In this document: piece by piece, positions 48,705-58,054 of the stretch
How positions within the stretch are numbered: the stretch's first letter is position 1
Layout: each line of letters starts with the position of its first letter
Assembly (NCBI GenBank): GCA_944391065.1
Contig: CALXSH010000002.1
Location: 7,755-71,754 of the forward strand
Direction: 5' to 3'
Length of the DNA stretch: 64,000 bases
From: an uncultured Kiritimatiellota bacterium
GTDB lineage: Bacteria; Verrucomicrobiota; Kiritimatiellia; RFP12; DVOR01
Notes under the pieces: model-generated
Told to the model about the DNA's origin: nothing
The model's input: only the letters and a program-made list of their open reading frames with translations
Databases searched by the model: none
Translations under genes and position numbers: made by a program

Positions 48705-48745
48705 TTCCCCTTTCATTCCCTTTCCCTTTTTAAAGGAACACAGCC

Positions 48746-50191
48746 ATGTCCATTCCGATAATCAGCGAAGCCGACCGTCTGCGCCGCGAGGTGCTGGCCT
48801 ACGTCATTAAGGCCGTCAAGGCCGGTACCTACGCAGATATTGACCGTATCCCGATCATGATGCGTCCCAAAGGGCAGCCCTTCTCTCGCTGCTGCATCTA
48901 CAAGGACCGCGCCGCCCTTCGTTACCGCGCCATGAGCGCCCTCGGTTACCGCGTCGAGGACGAGACCGACGAACTCAAGACGCTCGCCTCCTATGCCGAG
49001 GACATTGCTACCAATCCGCCGGCCACCGACCCTTTCCTCACCATCTTTGAGGATGCCTGCTCGGCCTGCATGGAGTCCCAGATCATGGTGACCAACATGT
49101 GCCGCGGCTGCCTCGCCCGTCCTTGCACCAACGTCTGTCCGCGCAAGGCCATCCAGGTCCGCAACGGCCGTGCCCGCATCTCCCACGAGCTCTGCATCAA
49201 CTGCGGCAAGTGCGCCGACGTCTGCCGCTACCATGCCATCATTCAGGTCCCCCTGGCCTGCGCCGATGCCTGCCCCGTGGGCGCCATCGGCAAGACCGAT
49301 GACGGCCGCGTCACCGTCGACCACGAGAAGTGCATCCGCTGCGGCAAGTGCATCAAGGCCTGCCCCTTCGCGGCCATCATGCAGAGCAATCAGGTCGCCC
49401 ACGTCGTCCGTGCCATCGCCGAGGGCCGCAAGGTCATCGCCCTCGTTGCCCCCGCCATCAACGGCTTCTTCCCCACCGAGCCCGGCCGTCTCTACGGCGC
49501 GCTCCGCAAAATCGGTTTCGCCGACGTCTACGAAGTCGCCATCGGCGGTGACGACACCGCCATCGCCGAAGCCGAAGAATGGGCCGAGCGCAAGGCTGCC
49601 GGGGCGCCCTTCATGACCACCAGCTGCTGCCCGGCCTGGATTGAGTGCGTCGAGCGCCACATCCCCGAAATCAAGCCCTACGTCTCCTCCACGCCCACTC
49701 CCATGGCTTTCGCCGACCGCCGCGCCAAGAAGGACCATCCCGACGCCCTTACCGTCTTCATCGGCCCCTGCATGGCCAAGCGCACCGAGGCCCATAAGCA
49801 CGGCTCGCCCGACTACGTCATCACTGCCGAAGAGATCGGCGCTTGGCTCATGGCCGAAAACATCCAGCTCGACGCCGTCGAGCCCGAGCCCCCGGCCGTC
49901 GCCGGCACTCAGTACGGCGCCGAATTCGCCATCAGCGGCGGCGTCGCCAACGCGGTCGCCCACTATCTCCCCGAAGGCGTTGCCAAGCCCACGGTCTTCA
50001 AGATCAACGGCCTCAACAAGAAGAACCTTGCCCTCCTGCGTGTCTTTGCCAAGACCAAGAAGGCTCCCGCCGAGATCATCGAAGTCATGGTCTGCTCCGG
50101 CGGCTGCGTCGCCGGCCCCTGCGCCATCTCCACCCAGGAAGAGGCCACCAAGACCATTCAGGCGCGCAGGCCTCAGGACTTTCAGGCGTAA
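48746..50191 (+). CDS. [FeFe]-hydrogenase-like catalytic protein (H-cluster domain) with N-terminal unknown domain and Fe-S cluster region
   Basis: H-cluster motifs L1 TSCCPAW, L2 GPCMAKRTE (PCxxKxxE), L3 EVMVCSGGCVAG (ExMxCxxGC); two standard 4Fe-4S ferredoxin motifs CINCGKCADVC and CIRCGKCIKACP plus an extra Cys-rich segment. Confidence 0.7.
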   Translation: MSIPIISEADRLRREVLAYVIKAVKAGTYADIDRIPIMMRPKGQPFSRCCIYKDRAALRYRAMSALGYRVEDETDELKTLASYAEDIATNPPATDPFLTIFEDACSACMESQIMVTNMCRGCLARPCTNVCPRKAIQVRNGRARISHELCINCGKCADVCRYHAIIQVPLACADACPVGAIGKTDDGRVTVDHEKCIRCGKCIKACPFAAIMQSNQVAHVVRAIAEGRKVIALVAPAINGFFPTEPGRLYGALRKIGFADVYEVAIGGDDTAIAEAEEWAERKAAGAPFMTTSCCPAWIECVERHIPEIKPYVSSTPTPMAFADRRAKKDHPDALTVFIGPCMAKRTEAHKHGSPDYVITAEEIGAWLMAENIQLDAVEPEPPAVAGTQYGAEFAISGGVANAVAHYLPEGVAKPTVFKINGLNKKNLALLRVFAKTKKAPAEIIEVMVCSGGCVAGPCAISTQEEATKTIQARRPQDFQA

Positions 50192-50628
50192 GGCGCGTGC
50201 GCCTTACGCGGTGAATGCACGACTCCGTCGCCCGCAGTGAGCGCGCGGCTCCGTTGTCTGTGGTCAACTCACGGCAGCGTTGCCCGTGGCAAACCCGCTA
50301 TCCGGGCTTCTGAAGCAGGATAATCAATTTCCGAGACCCAAAGGGGGCAGGACTTCCGAGGCCCATCTCAGGCCGCTTTTCGTACGCGTGTGGCGTCAAA
50401 AGATGTCCGTGGGTGATATATTTCCATGTTGCATCGATGAGGGCGTCCGCGCATGCGCGAGGTACCGGGCCGATGCCTTTCTGCCATAGGCTCGTCTCGG
50501 ATGGCGAAGGGCGCTCCGGTCACAGGCCTTCGCGACGCGCCGGTCCGGTTTGACTCCGTGAGGGCGAATGTGATATCCTAGCGGCCATTTGATTTTTTTG
50601 ACATCTCAACACAGAGAGGAAAATAACC

Positions 50629-50766
50629 ATGAAGATGACTTGGCAACCCTCCAAGATCAAGCGTGTGCGCAAGATCGGGTTCCGTGCGCGTATGGCCACC
50701 AAGGGCGGCCGTCAGGTTCTCGCCCGCCGCCGTGCCAAGGGCCGCAAGGCCCTCGTCCATGCCTAA
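50629..50766 (+). CDS. rpmH: 50S ribosomal protein L34
   Basis: 45-aa [48 protein letters not shown] found by manual translation; RBS GAGAGGA. Confidence 0.9.
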   Translation: MKMTWQPSKIKRVRKIGFRARMATKGGRQVLARRRAKGRKALVHA

Positions 50767-50787
50767 ACACAGGACAGCGGGGACGCT

Positions 50788-51192
50788 GTGACCGAATCCC
50801 CTGTGTCCGGCGTATCCAAGGGAGGCTCCCCAGCGGTGCCTCCTTTGCTTTTTTCACCCTACCGCCTTCCGGCGAAGCGTTTCGCCGAGGTTTTCGGCGA
50901 CAGCCGCTCCGGCGTCTGCGGGGCTTTGGTGATGCGGTACCGCAAAACCGGTGGGGACCGCACGCGGGTCGGGGTCATTGCGGCGAAGAAGACCTTTCGC
51001 CTGGCGGTGGAGCGCAGTCGCGCGCGCCGTCTGCTGCGCGAGGCCTTTCGGCTTGAGCGGCCGGATATCGCGGTCGGGTATGACCTGATTCTGCTGGGCC
51101 GCCGTCCGCTGCTGGAGATGTCCTGTGACCAGGTGCGTCAGGCGCTCCGCGGGGTTTGTCGGCGGGCCAGGCTGTTGCTGAAGAAGGCCTGA
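50788..51192 (+). CDS. rnpA: Ribonuclease P protein component
   Basis: GTG start; basic protein with conserved RNR-like region ([24 protein letters not shown]); follows rpmH. Confidence 0.8.
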   Translation: MTESPVSGVSKGGSPAVPPLLFSPYRLPAKRFAEVFGDSRSGVCGALVMRYRKTGGDRTRVGVIAAKKTFRLAVERSRARRLLREAFRLERPDIAVGYDLILLGRRPLLEMSCDQVRQALRGVCRRARLLLKKA

Positions 51193-51221
51193 CCGTGGGC
51201 TCGGCGCGGAAACTGCTGTCG

Positions 51222-51473
51222 CGGATGCTGATAGGCATGGTCCTCTTTTACCGGACGGCCCTGCATGGCTTCATGGGGTACGGCGGCTGCCGCTTCACCC
51301 CGACCTGTTCGGAATACATGATTCAGGCGATCCGCCTGCGGGGCCCCTTTGTGGGGATGGCCCTCGGCCTCTGGCGGATTCTGCGCTGCAACCCCTTCAG
51401 CCGCGGCGGTTACGACCCCGTCCCCCCGCCACGGCGCTCCCAGGAAAGACAACACGATGAACAAGACCGATAA
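51222..51473 (+). CDS. yidD: Membrane protein insertion efficiency factor YidD
   Basis: [10 protein letters not shown] motif; start uncertain (ATG 51222, GTG 51195 or TTG 51156); C-terminal extension overlaps yidC start. Confidence 0.75.
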   Translation, partial: RMLIGMVLFYRTALHGFMGYGGCRFTPTCSEYMIQAIRLRGPFVGMALGLWRILRCNPFSRGGYDPVPPPRRSQERQHDEQDR

Positions 51474-53139
51474 GATTTGGGTGGCGCTGCTGGTGGCGGC
51501 GCTGCTGGGTTATCTCGGCTGGTCCTATACGCGGCCTGAACCCGTTCAGCCCGCGCCGGCACCCGTCGCGGCGCAGACGGCCGCGCCCGCGGCACCCGCG
51601 GTGACCCCTGCCACGCCCGTTCTGCCTGATGCTGCGGCCGTTCCCTCTCTGGATGCCGCGAGCCAGACGCTCTATACGCTGGAGAATGACCAGGTACGCC
51701 TCACCTTCTCCAGTGTTGGCGGCCGTCTGATCCGTGCCGACCTGCTGAAGTACCGCGAGGAGAACCGTGAGGACTCCGCGAGTGTCATTCTCGAGACCGG
51801 CGATCTGCTCAATCTCTCTTGGCCTGACCTGCCGGCCGTGACCTTTGTGTCCGGTGCGGTGAAGGACAATGTCCTGACGCTGACGGGCAGCGTGAAGGGT
51901 GCGGCGCTGACGCGCGCCGTGACACTGGAGGCCGATTATCGCCTGACGGTGAAGGATACCTTCTGCGCCGGCTCGGACCTGACGTTGCCGGCCTACACGG
52001 TCGACGCGGGCTCCTTCTTCCTTGGCAAGGAGCAGGGAGATGTCCTGGGCGCCGACGCGCTCGCCGACGGCGAGAGCAAGCCGGAGTATTATGAGAGCGC
52101 ACTCGGCAAGCTCCTGGGCGCCGGGAGCGCCTTCCTCGGGTGCGGCACGAGCTCCGACGTGACGGGCATCCCGCTCTCGAAGACGACCCCGCTTGAGGGG
52201 AATCAGAGCTGGGTGGCACTGAAGGACCGTTTCTTCGTGACGCTGCTCCAGCCGCCGGCCGCCGCGCCCGCGACGCTGACGGTCGCGCGAGACGCCGCCT
52301 CTCCGACGCTGAAGGTCAACCGCGTGTCGGCGGCATACGCCTATCCTGCGGTGACGCTCCGTCCGAACGTGGATTACACCGTGACGAGCCGTCTCTACGT
52401 CGGCCCCAAGAAGCATTCCTTCCTGAGCGACTTCGGTTCGCATGCCGGGCGCGTGATGGACTTCGGGTTCTTCACCTGGGTCTGCGTGCTGCTGCTGCCG
52501 ATCCTCAACTTTTTCTACGCCGTCATCCCGAACTACGGCGTGGCCATTATCCTGCTGACCCTCCTGGTGCGCATCGTTTTCTGGCCGCTGACGCATAAGA
52601 GCACGGTCTCCATGCGCAAGATGGGCGCCATCCAGCCGGAAATCAAGGCGCTGCGCGAGAAGTTCAAGGACAATCCGCAGAAGCTGCAGCAGGAGACCTT
52701 CCGCCTCTACCGCGAACATCAGGTCAATCCCTTCTCGAGCTGCCTGCCGCTCCTGATTCAGATTCCGATTTTTATCGCCCTCTTCACGGTGCTGCGTTCG
52801 GCGGTCGAACTCCGCTTCGCTCCCTTCCTCTGGATCTCCGACCTGTCGCAGCCGGAGAATCTCTTCGCGGGCATCCTTCCGGTGCCGCTGAACATCCTGC
52901 CGATACTGACGGCAATCACGATGGGCCTGCAGACCCATCTGAGCCCTTCGACGGGCGATCCCGCGCAGAAGAAGATGATGACGTGGATGATGCCAATCAT
53001 GCTCCTCTTCGTCTTCTACTCCATGCCCTCGGCGCTTTGCCTCTACTGGACGGTCTCGCAGGTTCTCTCCATTCTCCAGATGTGGCAGATCCAGCGCTCC
53101 ACCGCGCGCGAACAGGCCCTGGCCGCGTCCGGCAAGTAA
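51457..53139 (+). CDS. yidC: Membrane protein insertase YidC
   Basis: N-terminal TM, large periplasmic domain, five conserved C-terminal TM helices; start at ATG 51457 ([12 protein letters not shown]). Confidence 0.85.
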   Translation: MNKTDKIWVALLVAALLGYLGWSYTRPEPVQPAPAPVAAQTAAPAAPAVTPATPVLPDAAAVPSLDAASQTLYTLENDQVRLTFSSVGGRLIRADLLKYREENREDSASVILETGDLLNLSWPDLPAVTFVSGAVKDNVLTLTGSVKGAALTRAVTLEADYRLTVKDTFCAGSDLTLPAYTVDAGSFFLGKEQGDVLGADALADGESKPEYYESALGKLLGAGSAFLGCGTSSDVTGIPLSKTTPLEGNQSWVALKDRFFVTLLQPPAAAPATLTVARDAASPTLKVNRVSAAYAYPAVTLRPNVDYTVTSRLYVGPKKHSFLSDFGSHAGRVMDFGFFTWVCVLLLPILNFFYAVIPNYGVAIILLTLLVRIVFWPLTHKSTVSMRKMGAIQPEIKALREKFKDNPQKLQQETFRLYREHQVNPFSSCLPLLIQIPIFIALFTVLRSAVELRFAPFLWISDLSQPENLFAGILPVPLNILPILTAITMGLQTHLSPSTGDPAQKKMMTWMMPIMLLFVFYSMPSALCLYWTVSQVLSILQMWQIQRSTAREQALAASGK

Positions 53140-53157
53140 GCCGGGCGGGTATCCTCT

Positions 53158-53202
53158 GCGACAAAAAAGACCGGACCTTTGGGGTCCGGTCTTTTTTGTC
53201 GC
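53158..53202. terminator. Bidirectional terminator between yidC (+) and valS (-): perfect 20-bp inverted repeat
   Basis: GCGACAAAAAAGACCGGACC-TTTGG-GGTCCGGTCTTTTTTGTCGC. Confidence 0.8.
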
Positions 53203-53212
53203 AACGTTATGC

Positions 53213-55891
53213 TCAGAGGGCGGCCTTGCGGGCTTCGAGGGTGGCGATCTGCGCTTCGAGCTCGACTTTGCGATCGCGCTGATTCTGGATGATGGCGGCG
53301 GGAGCCTTGGAGACGAAGGCTTCGTTGGAGAGCTTCGCGTCGATGCCCTTGAGGAAACCGCGGAGTTTGGTGATTTCCTTGTCGAGCTTTTCGGCTTCGG
53401 CCTTGGTGTCGATAAGGCCTTCGAGGGGGATGCCGATGAGGCCGGCGCGGAGGAGCTTGGTGGGCATCGGGGTCTCGGGGTCGTTGGCGAGGAATTCGAT
53501 GGTCTCGGCGCGGACGGCGACCTTGATGGAGGCTTCGTCGGCGCGGAGCTTGGTTTCGAGTTCCGGCGTGGCGGCGCGGACGAGGAGTCGGATGGCCAGT
53601 GCTGGCTGCAGGCCGGCTTCGGCACGGAGGGCACGGACGCCGGTGATGAGTTCGCGCTTGGTCTCGACGTAGGTCAGCACCTCTTCGGAGAGGCCCCAGG
53701 CGGCCTTCCGGTCGGCCGAGTAGCCTTTCGGGAAGGGCGCGCGCATGATGGTGCCCTCCTCCCCGCAGTAGCCGAGCTGATGCCAGATCTCTTCGGTGAC
53801 AAAGGGCATATAGGGGTGAAGGAGGCGGAGGATCTTGCCGTAAACATCGGCGAGGAGGCTGAGGACCTGACGGCGGCGGGCGGCATCCTCGGCATTGAGG
53901 TCGGCCTTGGCGTATTCCAGGTACCAGTCGCAGAAGTCGGTCCAGGCGAAGTCGTAGATGGCCAGGGCGCCTTCCTGGATGCGGTAGCGCTCCAGGGCGG
54001 CGTTCATGGCGGCGCAGACGTGGTCGGCCTTGAGCAGAAGGTGGCGGTCGTCGTCGTGGAGGAGGGCCGGGTCGAGGGTCAGGCCATCGCCGGCGTAATC
54101 GGCGAAACGGAAGCCGTCGAGCTTCTCGGCATTCATCTGGAGGAAGCGGGCGGCGTTCCAGAGCTTCGTGCCGAAGTTGCGGCCGATTTCGAATTTGCTC
54201 ATGTCGACCTTGGTATCGGTCTCCATGGAGGTAATGAGGGCCAGGGAGAAGCGCAGGGCGTCGGCGGAGTACTGGCTGATGATCTCCAGGGGGTCGAGGG
54301 AGTTGCCCAGCGACTTGGACATCTTGCGGCCCTGGGCGTCGCGGACGATGCCGTGCAGGATGATGTTGCGGAAGGGGGCCTTGCCCATGAATTCAAAGCC
54401 GGCCATCATCATGCGCGCGACCCAGAAGAAGAGAATGTCGGCACCGGTGACGAGGTCGGCGGTGGGATAGTAGAAGTCCAGATCGGCGGTCTTCTTCGGC
54501 CAGCCGAGGGTGGAGAAGGGCCAGAGCCAGGAGCTGAACCAGGTGTCGAGGACGTCGGGGTCCTGGGTGATGGATTCTTTGCCTGCGCCGCACTTGGGAC
54601 AGGTCTCGGGGGCTGTGGGGCTGGCCCATTCGTGGCCGCAGGCGCAGGTGTAGACCGGAATGCGGTGGCCCCACCAGATCTGACGGCTGATGCACCAGTC
54701 GCGGATGTTCTCCATCCAGTTGAAGTAGACGCTCTCCCAGCGCTTGGGCAGAATGGTGACTTCGCCGCTGCGGACGGCCTCAATGGCGGGCTTGGCGAGA
54801 GGTTTCATGCGGACGAACCACTGCTTGGAGAGGCGGCTGTCGACGACGGTGTGGCAGCGGTAGCAGTGGCCGATCTGATTCTGGTAGGGCTCGATCTTGA
54901 CGAGATAGCCGCCTTTTTTGAGATCTTCGACGATGGCCTCGCGGCAGGCGAAGCGGTCCATGCCTTCGTAGCCGCTGAGCGCATTCATGGTGCCGTCGTC
55001 GTTCATGACGTTGACCTGCTCCAGACCGTGGCGCTGGCCGACGGCGAAGTCGTTGGCGTCGTGGGCGGGGGTGATCTTGACCACGCCGGTGCCGAATTCC
55101 TTCTCGACGTAATCGTCGAAGACGACGGGAATCTCACGGCCGGTGAGGGGCAGGAGGACTTTGCAGCCGCGCAGGTGGGCGTAGCGGGGGTCGTTGGGGT
55201 TGACGGCGACGGCGGTGTCGCCGGGGAGGGTTTCGGGACGGGTCGTGGCGACGGTGACGTATTCGCCCTCACGGCCGACGACGGGATAGCGGACGTACCA
55301 GAGGTGGCCTTCGTTGGGTTCGTGCTCGACTTCGTCGTCGGCGAGGGCCGTGCCGCAGCGCGGACACCAGTTGACGATGTAGTTGCCGCGGTAAATCAGG
55401 CCCTTGTCATAGAGGTCGCAGAAAACCTTGGCGACGGCTTCGGAGAGACCTTCGTCCATGGTGAAGCGTTCGCGCTGCCAGTCGGTGGAGTTGCCCAAGC
55501 AGCGCTGCTGGCGGACGATGGTGCCGCCGTACTGGCGGCGCCATTCCCAGACGCGGTCGATGAAGGCTTCGCGGCCGAGGTCGTGACGGCGTTTGCCCTC
55601 CTTGCGCAGGGCCTTCTCGACGACGTTCTGGGTGGCGATGCCGGCATGGTCGGTGCCGGGGATCCAGAGGGTATTGTCGCCGCGCATGCGGTGCCAGCGC
55701 ACCAGGACGTCCTGAATGGTCTCATTGAGGGCGTGGCCCATGTGGAGGATACCGGTGACGTTGGGCGGGGGAATGACGACGGAGTAGGGGCTGCCGCCGG
55801 AGGCGGGTTCGTCATGAAAACAGCCGTGCTGCTCCCACCAGGGATACCATTTCGCTTCGACGGCTTTGGGATCGTAATGCTTGTCCATCAT
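53213..55891 (-). CDS. valS: Valyl-tRNA synthetase
   Basis: HMGH (LHMGHAL) and KMSKS motifs, C-terminal coiled-coil; start ATG 55891 (MMDKHYDPK). Confidence 0.9.
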   Translation of the reverse strand: MMDKHYDPKAVEAKWYPWWEQHGCFHDEPASGGSPYSVVIPPPNVTGILHMGHALNETIQDVLVRWHRMRGDNTLWIPGTDHAGIATQNVVEKALRKEGKRRHDLGREAFIDRVWEWRRQYGGTIVRQQRCLGNSTDWQRERFTMDEGLSEAVAKVFCDLYDKGLIYRGNYIVNWCPRCGTALADDEVEHEPNEGHLWYVRYPVVGREGEYVTVATTRPETLPGDTAVAVNPNDPRYAHLRGCKVLLPLTGREIPVVFDDYVEKEFGTGVVKITPAHDANDFAVGQRHGLEQVNVMNDDGTMNALSGYEGMDRFACREAIVEDLKKGGYLVKIEPYQNQIGHCYRCHTVVDSRLSKQWFVRMKPLAKPAIEAVRSGEVTILPKRWESVYFNWMENIRDWCISRQIWWGHRIPVYTCACGHEWASPTAPETCPKCGAGKESITQDPDVLDTWFSSWLWPFSTLGWPKKTADLDFYYPTADLVTGADILFFWVARMMMAGFEFMGKAPFRNIILHGIVRDAQGRKMSKSLGNSLDPLEIISQYSADALRFSLALITSMETDTKVDMSKFEIGRNFGTKLWNAARFLQMNAEKLDGFRFADYAGDGLTLDPALLHDDDRHLLLKADHVCAAMNAALERYRIQEGALAIYDFAWTDFCDWYLEYAKADLNAEDAARRRQVLSLLADVYGKILRLLHPYMPFVTEEIWHQLGYCGEEGTIMRAPFPKGYSADRKAAWGLSEEVLTYVETKRELITGVRALRAEAGLQPALAIRLLVRAATPELETKLRADEASIKVAVRAETIEFLANDPETPMPTKLLRAGLIGIPLEGLIDTKAEAEKLDKEITKLRGFLKGIDAKLSNEAFVSKAPAAIIQNQRDRKVELEAQIATLEARKAAL

Positions 55892-56007
55892 GGGTCGGAA
55901 TCCTTGTGCGGACCGCGCCGGGAGGAAACTCAACGGGCCGACGCGGCAACTGAAAATAAACGCGCGATACTATATCATAAACGGCCCTTCGGCGTTTGTC
56001 CCCGGAT

Positions 56008-56036
56008 TTGACTGGGAGCGGCCGTGTGTGCATAAT
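56008..56036 (+). promoter_or_regulatory. Putative sigma70 promoter for tRNA-Leu-grpE-dnaJ: -35 TTGACT, 17-nt spacer, -10 CATAAT
   Basis: Direct reading; about 80 nt upstream of tRNA-Leu. Confidence 0.45.
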
Positions 56037-56117
56037 ATCGGACTCAATCGGCGCTCTCTGCCGTGTCCGCGTCACCCTCTCAGGAGGGCCGTACGGAACG
56101 GTCGTGCGCCGGGGTGC

Positions 56118-56201
56118 GCCGGAGTGGCGGAACGGCAGACGCAGCGGACTTAAAATCCGCAATCGTAAGATGTGAGGGTTCGAGTCCCTCCTCCGGCACC
56201 A
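56118..56201 (+). tRNA. tRNA-Leu (anticodon TAA), long variable arm
   Basis: 84 nt; acceptor GCCGGAG/CTCCGGC, anticodon loop CTTAAAA, 13-nt variable arm, T-loop TTCGAGT, CCA encoded. Confidence 0.8.
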
Positions 56202-56221
56202 GAAAGGATTTCATTGAGAGT

Positions 56222-56839
56222 ATGACAGACGAACAGACCCCTGACATGAACAAGACCCCAGCGCAGGACGAGACGGTCGCGAAGCCCTCGGAGACCCCCG
56301 CCGCCGAAACGGCGCCCGACGCTTCTGCCAAGCCGACCGAGGCCCCCAAGGCTGACGCTCCCGAAGCGGCTCCCCAGCCTGACTTGGCCGCCGAACTGGC
56401 CGCGGCCAAAGACCGTTGCCTGCGCATGATGGCTGACATGGACAATATGCGCAAGCGCCAGGCGCGCGAACTGGAGGAGCGCACGGCCCGCGCCAATGAG
56501 CGCCTGCTGCAGGATCTGATGCCGGTCTATGACAATTTCGAGATGGCCCTCGCCTCCGCGGCCGAGGATTCGCCCGTGATTCAGGGCGTGCGCATGATTG
56601 CTGACCAGTTCCGCAAGGTCTTGGAGCTGGCCGGTGCCGAAGCCATTGAGGTGAAGGTCGGGGCCGTCTTTGACCCCATGTGTCATGAAGCGCTTTCCTC
56701 CGTGCCCCATCCGGAACTCCCGCAGGGTGCGGTCGTGACGCAGTTCCGCAAGGGCTGGAAGCTCGGCGGCAAGGTCATTCGCCCCGCGCAGGTCGTGGTG
56801 TCGGCCGGCGCGCCGGCGGCCAAGACCCAGGAGGCGTAA
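56222..56839 (+). CDS. grpE: Nucleotide exchange factor GrpE
   Basis: Acidic/Pro-rich N-terminus then GrpE coiled-coil and beta-domain; start ATG 56222 (MTDEQTP). Confidence 0.85.
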   Translation: MTDEQTPDMNKTPAQDETVAKPSETPAAETAPDASAKPTEAPKADAPEAAPQPDLAAELAAAKDRCLRMMADMDNMRKRQARELEERTARANERLLQDLMPVYDNFEMALASAAEDSPVIQGVRMIADQFRKVLELAGAEAIEVKVGAVFDPMCHEALSSVPHPELPQGAVVTQFRKGWKLGGKVIRPAQVVVSAGAPAAKTQEA

Positions 56840-56840
56840 G

Positions 56841-58004
56841 ATGGCTGACAAACGCGATTACTACGAAGTACTCGGCGTCGCCCGCGACGCCGATGCCGAC
56901 GCCATCAAGAGAGCTTACCGTAAGCTGGCCATGAAGTATCACCCGGACCGCAATCCGGGCAACAAGGAGGCCGAGGAGAAGTTCAAGGAGGCCTCCGAGG
57001 CCTACGAGGTCCTCTCCGACAGCCAGAAGCGCGCGACCTATGACCGCTACGGTCACGCTGGCATGGCGGGCGCCTTCGGCGGCGGCGGGTTCAACTTCGA
57101 CCGCGACTTCACCCATGGCGCCGACCTCAATGATATCCTCAACCAATTCTTCGGTGGCGGCTTCGGCGGATTCGGTGGCGGGTCGCGCCGCCGTGCAGAT
57201 CCGACGGCCCCGCGCCGCGGCGAGGATACCGAGCAGGGTGTCCGCCTCTCCTTTGAGGACGCGATTTTCGGCATGACGACGAAGGTCCGCGTTCACGCGG
57301 CGGTGGCCTGCCCCGACTGCGACGGCTCGGGCGCCGAGAAGGGTAGCGCGCGCACAACCTGCAAGCACTGCAACGGCGCCGGTACGGTTCGCTCCCAAGG
57401 CTTCTTCGGATTCGTTCAGGAGCAGACCTGCCCCGTCTGCGGCGGTCACGGAACGGTCGTGGACAAGCCCTGCCGCAAATGCCGCGGAGACGGTTTCGTC
57501 GCCTCCGACGAGGAGGTTGAGGTCCGCATCCCTGCCGGCATCGCCGACGGCATGAGTGTCCGTGTCGCGGGCAAGGGCAACGCGGGCCCCAACAACGGTC
57601 CGCGCGGTGACCTCTATCTGCGCGTCTCGGTGAAGGATAGCGATCTCTTCGAACGCGACGGGCAGGACCTGATTCTGCGCTGCTCCGTTTCGCCGGCGCT
57701 GCTGGCCCTCGGCGGCGAGCTCCCGGTGGAGACGCCCAACGGCACGGCCACGCTGAAGATCAAGGCCGGCACGCCCAACGGCACCGTCCAGCGTCTGCGC
57801 GGTCAGGGTGTCCGCGGCATCGGCCGCTACCCGACCGGCGACCTGCACGTCGTGCTGGTGGCCGAAACGCCCCAGGCCCTCGACAAGGAGCAGGTCAAAC
57901 TCACCGAGCAGCTCCGCAAGAGCGAACGCGACAGGAATTTCCCCGAACGCACGCGTCAGCAGAAGGTCGCCAAGGCCTTCGCCGCCCGCCGCGACAAGAA
58001 GTAA
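56841..58004 (+). CDS. dnaJ: Molecular chaperone DnaJ
   Basis: J-domain with HPD (KYHPDRNP), G/F-rich linker, four CxxCxGxG zinc-finger repeats. Confidence 0.95.
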   Translation: MADKRDYYEVLGVARDADADAIKRAYRKLAMKYHPDRNPGNKEAEEKFKEASEAYEVLSDSQKRATYDRYGHAGMAGAFGGGGFNFDRDFTHGADLNDILNQFFGGGFGGFGGGSRRRADPTAPRRGEDTEQGVRLSFEDAIFGMTTKVRVHAAVACPDCDGSGAEKGSARTTCKHCNGAGTVRSQGFFGFVQEQTCPVCGGHGTVVDKPCRKCRGDGFVASDEEVEVRIPAGIADGMSVRVAGKGNAGPNNGPRGDLYLRVSVKDSDLFERDGQDLILRCSVSPALLALGGELPVETPNGTATLKIKAGTPNGTVQRLRGQGVRGIGRYPTGDLHVVLVAETPQALDKEQVKLTEQLRKSERDRNFPERTRQQKVAKAFAARRDKK

Positions 58005-58054
58005 ACCAGAACAGGAATGGTGCCGGCGTATCCCTGCCGGTCAGGAAGGATTTT

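Noticed and set aside
48746-50191. Nar1/NARF-like cytosolic Fe-S assembly factor annotation
   Set aside because: That family is eukaryotic. The bacterial context and the partner 2Fe-2S ferredoxin favour a hydrogenase or hydrogenase-like sensor.
50598-50603. TTGACA hexamer just upstream of rpmH
   Set aside because: A -10 element 17 nt downstream would overlap the RBS and start codon. More likely part of the 5' UTR. The promoter candidate is further upstream, around 50549.
51397-56011. 745-aa minus-strand and 743-aa plus-strand ORFs
   Set aside because: Antisense to yidC and valS respectively. Artefacts of GC-rich third-codon positions.
55940-56117. HrcA CIRCE element upstream of grpE
   Set aside because: Searched for TTAGCACTC-N9-GAGTGCTAA-like inverted repeats. 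None present.
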